From positions 35 through 64,034 of the forward strand of contig CBDDRX010000087.1 in the NCBI GenBank assembly GCA_965233165.1: DNA of 64,000 nucleotides, written 5' to 3'. Below, one piece after another: positions 59,184 through 64,000 of the stretch. Within the stretch, counting starts at the first letter, position 1. Each line of letters begins with the position of its first letter. The translations under genes were made by a program, and so were the position numbers. The stretch is from an uncultured bacterium. GTDB lineage: Bacteria; Pseudomonadota; Gammaproteobacteria; Burkholderiales; SG8-39. A model generated the notes under the pieces. It saw only the letters and a list, made by a program, of their open reading frames with translations, did no database searches and was not told where the DNA came from.

Positions 59184-59980
59184 TCGATCCGCGGAGTCAC
59201 GGTTTCGATGTGTCCTTGCAACGCCAGGTACGCCGCCGTGATGAGGCCCGCATCCTGCATGCGCCTTGCCGTTTCAAGGCCGCGGGAGAGAGCGATTCGA
59301 ACCTGGGGAACAGGCAGCTCGCCGACCGATATCGTGACCGGAAGATCCAGGAGGTCCGAGTCTTCCCTGAGCTCGCGGGCCGGACGCCGCCCGATCGCGG
59401 GATGGTCGACGTTCACGGCGTTGGCGATCAGCGTTGCGGCGGCGTCCGCCTGCGACGCGGTCGGGGCGAGCACGGTCACCGCGTCGGCGATGCCGAGCGA
59501 CTGCGAGCGGCCTCGCCAGCCGGAAGTGGCGATTCCCCGGACCGGACTCGCGAAGGAGATCTCGGCGGTCGCGACGATGCCGGGATGGAGGAGGTCGTTG
59601 ACGATGCCGGCGCGCAGCGACGCCCCGGGGGAAAGGTGCAGGGCGATATCGCCGCCGTCGTTGACGAATGCCTTTTCCAGGTTCCTTCCGGAAAGGAGCG
59701 CCTGCAGCAGCTCTTCCGCCACGGCGCCGGCGACGGCGGCCATCGGCGTGACGTAGGCGCCGCGATGCGGCCAGACGGCGGCGGCCATGCGCCGCGGCGT
59801 ACTGCCGGCGAACAGCGGATAGGTGCCGGAGACCGGCTCGCGAAGGCGCGGCAGCTCGGCGACCAGCTCGGCAAGGATGGTTTCGAACCTTTTCTTCAGT
59901 TGCTGGTGTGCGCACTCGACGTCGCGTGCGTCTCCCCAGGCGCGAACCACGACGTCGATCGGGCCATGCTGGAGCCTCAT
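59153..59980 (-). CDS. UPF0280 / ApbE-like protein
   Basis: HGPID, TPMAAVAGAVA, VNDGGDIA, GIATSG..GRS.SLG.ADAVTV, ADAAAT.IAN. Confidence 0.9.
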   Translation of the reverse strand: MRLQHGPIDVVVRAWGDARDVECAHQQLKKRFETILAELVAELPRLREPVSGTYPLFAGSTPRRMAAAVWPHRGAYVTPMAAVAGAVAEELLQALLSGRNLEKAFVNDGGDIALHLSPGASLRAGIVNDLLHPGIVATAEISFASPVRGIATSGWRGRSQSLGIADAVTVLAPTASQADAAATLIANAVNVDHPAIGRRPARELREDSDLLDLPVTISVGELPVPQVRIALSRGLETARRMQDAGLITAAYLALQGHIETVTPRIECGALRSHSL

Positions 59981-61374
59981 GCCTTCCACGGCTCGTAGCG
60001 GATCGCCTGGCTCTTCAGCACGGACGCGAGCGGGACGACGTTCGCCATGTGCCCGCCCATCGCCGCGTACTCGTCGAGCCGGAGCGTGAACTCGATCGGC
60101 AGGACGAGGGCAGGGGTCGGCACGTAGCCGAAGGACTTGTCGGGCATGGCGAGCACGTCGACCATGACCGTGATGCCGCCGCCGGGCCAGACGTAGACCG
60201 GCGCGCCGCCGCAGGTGACCCGCGTCAGCATCTCCTTCACCGATCGGGTGAGCCGTACCGGGTTCTCGGTGACGCCCGCGCGCAGGCTGCCGCCGGCGCC
60301 GCCCATGAAGAGCACGCTGCACAGCGCCGGCTCGCAGTTCTCCGCGATCCGCTCGACGACCGTGCGAACCGCTTCTGGCATTTTTTGTTTCACAGGAACT
60401 AAAGAAGAATCCAGGACAAACCACTCGGCATCCTCGCCGGTCGTCGATACCATGAGGATGCGCATGCCCGGCCAGGCGGTCTTGGGATCGATCTTCTCGA
60501 CGATCGACAGCGGGTCGGTGATGTTCGTGCCGCCCCAGCCCAGGCCCGGCTCGGCGACCTTGAAGTAGCGCCCCGGCGTCGACTTGCGGCCGCGCACGCG
60601 CACGCCCGCCGGGCGCATGTCGAGGAAGCGGCCGGCCTGGTGCTCGGTGAGCACGCCGGTGATGTGGTCGTCGACGACGATCACCTCGTCGCAGTGCCCC
60701 TGCCACTGGCGGGCGAAGATGCCGATCGTCGCCGAGCCGCAGCCCACGCGCATGCGCTCCTCGCGCTCACCGTTCACCACCGGCGGGGCACCGGCCTGCA
60801 CGATGACACTCGCGCCGCCGTCGATCTTCAGCTCCACGGTCTCCTTGTTGGACAGCTTGAGCATCGCCTCGCAGGTGACGTTGCCTTCCTTCTTGCTGCC
60901 GCCCGTGAGGTGGCGCACGCCGCCGAGCGCGAGCATCTGCGAGCCGTACTCTGCGGTGGTGACGTGGCCGACCTGCTCGCCGTCGACGCGCACCGCCGCC
61001 TGCTCGGGGCCGAGGAAGCGGTCGGTGTCGATCTTCACCTTGAGGCCGCAGTAGCTGAAGATGCCCTCGGTGACGACCGTGACCATGTCGACGCCTTCGG
61101 CCTGCGACGCGACGATGAAGGGCGCCGGCTTGTAGTCCGGATAGGTGGTCGTCGCGCCGATCCCGGTGACCATGGTCGAGATGAAGTTGCCCTGCCAGGG
61201 CTTGCCGTCGAGGAACGGCACCGCCTTGTCGGTGCGCTGCAGGACGACCAGCGGGTCGAGGCGCACCAGCTTCCCGTCGACGTTGGCGTAGCGGTCGCAG
61301 GCGCCCGGCTGCCCGGTGCGGATCCGGCACAGGACCGGGCACGCGTCGCAGCGAACGACGCCTTCTTCAGCCAT
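59977..61374 (-). CDS. hnr: 6-hydroxynicotinate reductase homolog
   Basis: CDACPVLC....GACDRYAN Fe-S motif, [38 protein letters not shown]. Confidence 0.88.
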   Translation of the reverse strand: MAEEGVVRCDACPVLCRIRTGQPGACDRYANVDGKLVRLDPLVVLQRTDKAVPFLDGKPWQGNFISTMVTGIGATTTYPDYKPAPFIVASQAEGVDMVTVVTEGIFSYCGLKVKIDTDRFLGPEQAAVRVDGEQVGHVTTAEYGSQMLALGGVRHLTGGSKKEGNVTCEAMLKLSNKETVELKIDGGASVIVQAGAPPVVNGEREERMRVGCGSATIGIFARQWQGHCDEVIVVDDHITGVLTEHQAGRFLDMRPAGVRVRGRKSTPGRYFKVAEPGLGWGGTNITDPLSIVEKIDPKTAWPGMRILMVSTTGEDAEWFVLDSSLVPVKQKMPEAVRTVVERIAENCEPALCSVLFMGGAGGSLRAGVTENPVRLTRSVKEMLTRVTCGGAPVYVWPGGGITVMVDVLAMPDKSFGYVPTPALVLPIEFTLRLDEYAAMGGHMANVVPLASVLKSQAIRYEPWKA

Positions 61375-64000
61375 TCTTCTTCAGCGCGGCGCGCAGCCGG
61401 TGGGGCAGCACCGGCACCTGCCGCATGCGCACCCCGGTTGCCTTGAAGATCGCGCCGAGGATCGCCGGCGCGGTGGGAATGAGCCCCGGCTCGCCGACGC
61501 CCTTCGCGCCCGAAGGCCCGAGCGGCTCCGCGTCCTCGACCAGCATGCAGTGCATCTGCGGGATGTCGCCGATGGTCGGGATCAGGTAGTCGTGCAGGTT
61601 TTCCGTGCGGCCGGGGAGGTATTCCTCCATCAGCGCCAACCCGAGCCCCTGCAGCACGCCGCCGTGGATCTGGCCTTCGACCTGGATGGGGTTGATCGCG
61701 CGCCCGACGTCGTGCGCGGCATGGATCTCGAGCACGCGCGTCGTGCCGAGCTCGACGTCGACCTCGACGAGCGCGACCTGCGCGGCGAACGCGTATGTCG
61801 CGTAGGGCACGCCCTGGCCGTTCGCGTCGAGCGGCTGCGTCGGCGGATCGAAGAAGCCCTCGCCGAGGAGCTCCGCCGGCGGCGTCCAGCGGTGCACGAT
61901 GTCGTTCTTGCGGAATACGACCGCGCCGTCGTCGAGCGAAAGCCTGTAGGCGCGGTCCTGCCAATCGCCCTCCGGCGCGCCGGCCGCGGCGAAGATCTTG
62001 CGCCGCAGGTCGAGCGCGGCAAGCTCGGCGGCCTTGCCGGAGACGAATGTCTGCCGCGAGGCCGAGCTCTTTCCGGCGTCGGCGGTGAGGTCGGTGTCGC
62101 CCATGACCAGGCCGACCTGGTCCATCGGCACGCCGAGCGCATCGGCGCAGATCTGCGTGAGGATGGTGCTCACCCCCTGGCCGATCTCGGCGGCGCCGCT
62201 TTGCAGCGTGAGCTTCCCCCCGCGCGACAGCGCGACGCGGATCGTCGAGGGATTGGAGAGCGAAGTGTTGCCGATGCCGTACCACATGCAGCCGATGCCG
62301 GCGCCGCGGCGCAGCGGGGTTGCCTTGTTCTTCCTGTTGAACGTCTCGCAGGCCTGGCTGGCACGGCGCCAGCGCGGCTCCAGGGCATCGAGGCAGGCGA
62401 CGAGCCCGGCCGAATGCTCCAGGCGCTGGCCGGTGGCGGTGCGGTCCCCGGGGCGCAGGGCGTTGCGGCGGCGGAAATCGAGCCAGTCGAGGCCGAGGCG
62501 GTCCGCCAGCTCGTCCATCAGCGCCTCGTGCGCGATCGCGCCCTGCGGAACGCCGAAGCCGCGGAACGCGCCGGAAGGATGGCAGTGCGTGAAGTAGGCG
62601 CGTCCCCGGGCGAGGACGTTCGGCACGGCATAGGGCCCGGTGGCGTGGATGGGGACGCGCGTCGCCACCGTCGGGCCCCAGCTCGCGTAAGCGCCGGTGT
62701 CGAAGAGCGCGTCCATCTCCGCGGCGACGAGCCGGCCCTCCGCGTCGCAGCCAAAGCGCGCATGGATCCGCGCCGGGTGCCGCTTCGTCGTGGAGGCCAT
62801 GCTCTCCGGCCGCGAATAGACGCAGGCGACGGTTTTTCCCGTGAGCCAGGCGCCGAGCGCGATGAGCGGTTGCACCGAGAGGTCGAGCTTGCCGCCGAAG
62901 CCGCCGCCGCAGGCGGTCGGGACGATGCGCACCTGGTCCGGGCGCAGCTTGAGCACCACCGCCACCTCGTCGCGGTCCATGTAGGGCGTCTGCGTGGTGA
63001 CGTGGATCTCGACGCGGTCCCCGTTGCGCCGCGCCCAGCCGGCTTCGGGCTCGATGTAGGCATGCTCCACGAAGCCGGTCTCGAACTTCGCCTCCGCCAC
63101 GGCGGCGCAGCTCGCGAAAGCCTCCTTCGGATCGCCTTTGGCCACCCTGCCGTCGAGCAGGAGGTTGCCGGCCTTGGCTTCCTGCACCCGCGGCGCGCCT
63201 TCGGCCATCGCCGCGTCCAGCCCCATGACGGGCGCCAGCGGCTCGTACGCGACCGGAAGCTCGAGGCTTTCCACGACCTCGCGCGCGCCGACCAGCGCGG
63301 CGAGCGCCTCGCCGCGGAACCGCACGATCCCGTCGGCGAGCACCGGCTGGTCCTTGATGTGCGGATAGATGCCGAAGCCGTTCGCGGGAACGTCCTTCGC
63401 GGTCAGGACCTTTACGCCGTGCTTCTCCTCGAACCCTTCCAGGGAGATCCGGAACCTCGCGTGATGGTGCGGGGAGCGGACGACGCGAAGCCAGAGCGCG
63501 TCCCGGGGAATGTAGTCGGCGCCGTACTTTTCCGAACCGTCGAGCTTGGCGAGCCCGTCCACGCGCCCGGCGCGCGCGCCGACGGCCTTGCCGGCGGCCG
63601 GCGTCTCCGGCAGCGCGCTGCCGCGGGAGACGTCGAGCACCGCCTCGATGATCTTCTGGTAGCCGGTGCAGCGGCAGAGCACGCCGCCGAGGGCGTCCTT
63701 CACCTCGGCTTCGGTGGGGGAGCGCTTGCGCGCGAGAAGGTCCGCGGCCGCCATCAGCATCCCGGGCGTGCACGCCCCGCATTGCGCGGCGCCGTGGCGC
63801 TGGAAGGCGGCCTGGAGCGCGGAAACCTTGCCGCGGCTCGCGAGCCCCTCGACCGTGACGACCTTGCGGCCCTCGGCCTGCGCGAGCGCGGTAAGGCAGG
63901 CACAGACCTGCCGCCCGTCGAGCAGCACCGTGCAGGCGCCGCAGTCTCCGGCGTTGCAGCCGATCTTGGTGCCCGTGAGGCCGAGCTCGTCGCGCAGCAC
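61367..64000 (-). CDS. Xanthine-dehydrogenase-family Mo hydroxylase, fused 2Fe-2S and molybdopterin subunits (putative nicotinate dehydrogenase); 5' end lies outside the window
   Basis: GCNAGDCGACTV, QCGACTPG, LCRCTGY; GGGFGGK, AFRGFG.PQ, EIGQG, SSASR, AKGVGE. Confidence 0.9.
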   Translation of the reverse strand: MLRDELGLTGTKIGCNAGDCGACTVLLDGRQVCACLTALAQAEGRKVVTVEGLASRGKVSALQAAFQRHGAAQCGACTPGMLMAAADLLARKRSPTEAEVKDALGGVLCRCTGYQKIIEAVLDVSRGSALPETPAAGKAVGARAGRVDGLAKLDGSEKYGADYIPRDALWLRVVRSPHHHARFRISLEGFEEKHGVKVLTAKDVPANGFGIYPHIKDQPVLADGIVRFRGEALAALVGAREVVESLELPVAYEPLAPVMGLDAAMAEGAPRVQEAKAGNLLLDGRVAKGDPKEAFASCAAVAEAKFETGFVEHAYIEPEAGWARRNGDRVEIHVTTQTPYMDRDEVAVVLKLRPDQVRIVPTACGGGFGGKLDLSVQPLIALGAWLTGKTVACVYSRPESMASTTKRHPARIHARFGCDAEGRLVAAEMDALFDTGAYASWGPTVATRVPIHATGPYAVPNVLARGRAYFTHCHPSGAFRGFGVPQGAIAHEALMDELADRLGLDWLDFRRRNALRPGDRTATGQRLEHSAGLVACLDALEPRWRRASQACETFNRKNKATPLRRGAGIGCMWYGIGNTSLSNPSTIRVALSRGGKLTLQSGAAEIGQGVSTILTQICADALGVPMDQVGLVMGDTDLTADAGKSSASRQTFVSGKAAELAALDLRRKIFAAAGAPEGDWQDRAYRLSLDDGAVVFRKNDIVHRWTPPAELLGEGFFDPPTQPLDANGQGVPYATYAFAAQVALVEVDVELGTTRVLEIHAAHDVGRAINPIQVEGQIHGGVLQGLGLALMEEYLPGRTENLHDYLIPTIGDIPQMHCMLVEDAEPLGPSGAKGVGEPGLIPTAPAILGAIFKATGVRMRQVPVLPHRLRAALKKNG

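Overview
GC-rich chromosomal window from a probable betaproteobacterium (inferred from the Bug/TctC receptor, the E. coli-type LexA box CTGT-N8-ACAG and the imuA-imuB-dnaE2 cassette). It opens at the tail of an rRNA operon (5S rRNA plus terminator). It then carries a dense DNA-damage neighbourhood: DUF72 divergent from ligD-ku-MerR/TPR, then lhr, SOS-boxed imuAB-dnaE2 and divergent lexA/dinB. Interleaved with these are an F7/F8-like chemosensory operon (STAS, degenerate receptor, two cheY, cheA, mcp, cheW, cheR, cheD, cheB) and an uncharacterised five-gene relay (membrane PAS histidine kinase, single receiver, Hpt, REC-class III cyclase, REC-Ser/Thr kinase). The right half is metabolic: pncB, MFS, GDPD, CoA transferase, two Liv-type ABC systems, acyl-CoA synthetase, a small low-GC hicBA islet, CDF exporter, hydantoinase/oxoprolinase A/B, and a 6-hydroxynicotinate reductase plus Mo-hydroxylase cluster cut by the window end. 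Top leads: (1) the phosphorelay branching into a cyclase with an altered base-specificity residue and a Hanks kinase; (2) a 17-bp x4 tandem repeat that builds a chain of ATGA-coupled mini-ORFs into the dinB start; (3) a receptor-like protein with a broken signalling tip and a CheZ-like DxxxQ motif; (4) a MerR-HTH/TPR gene in the NHEJ operon; (5) a possible nicotinate pathway variant using an ATP-dependent lactamase. All calls come from motif recognition only; no database searches were run.
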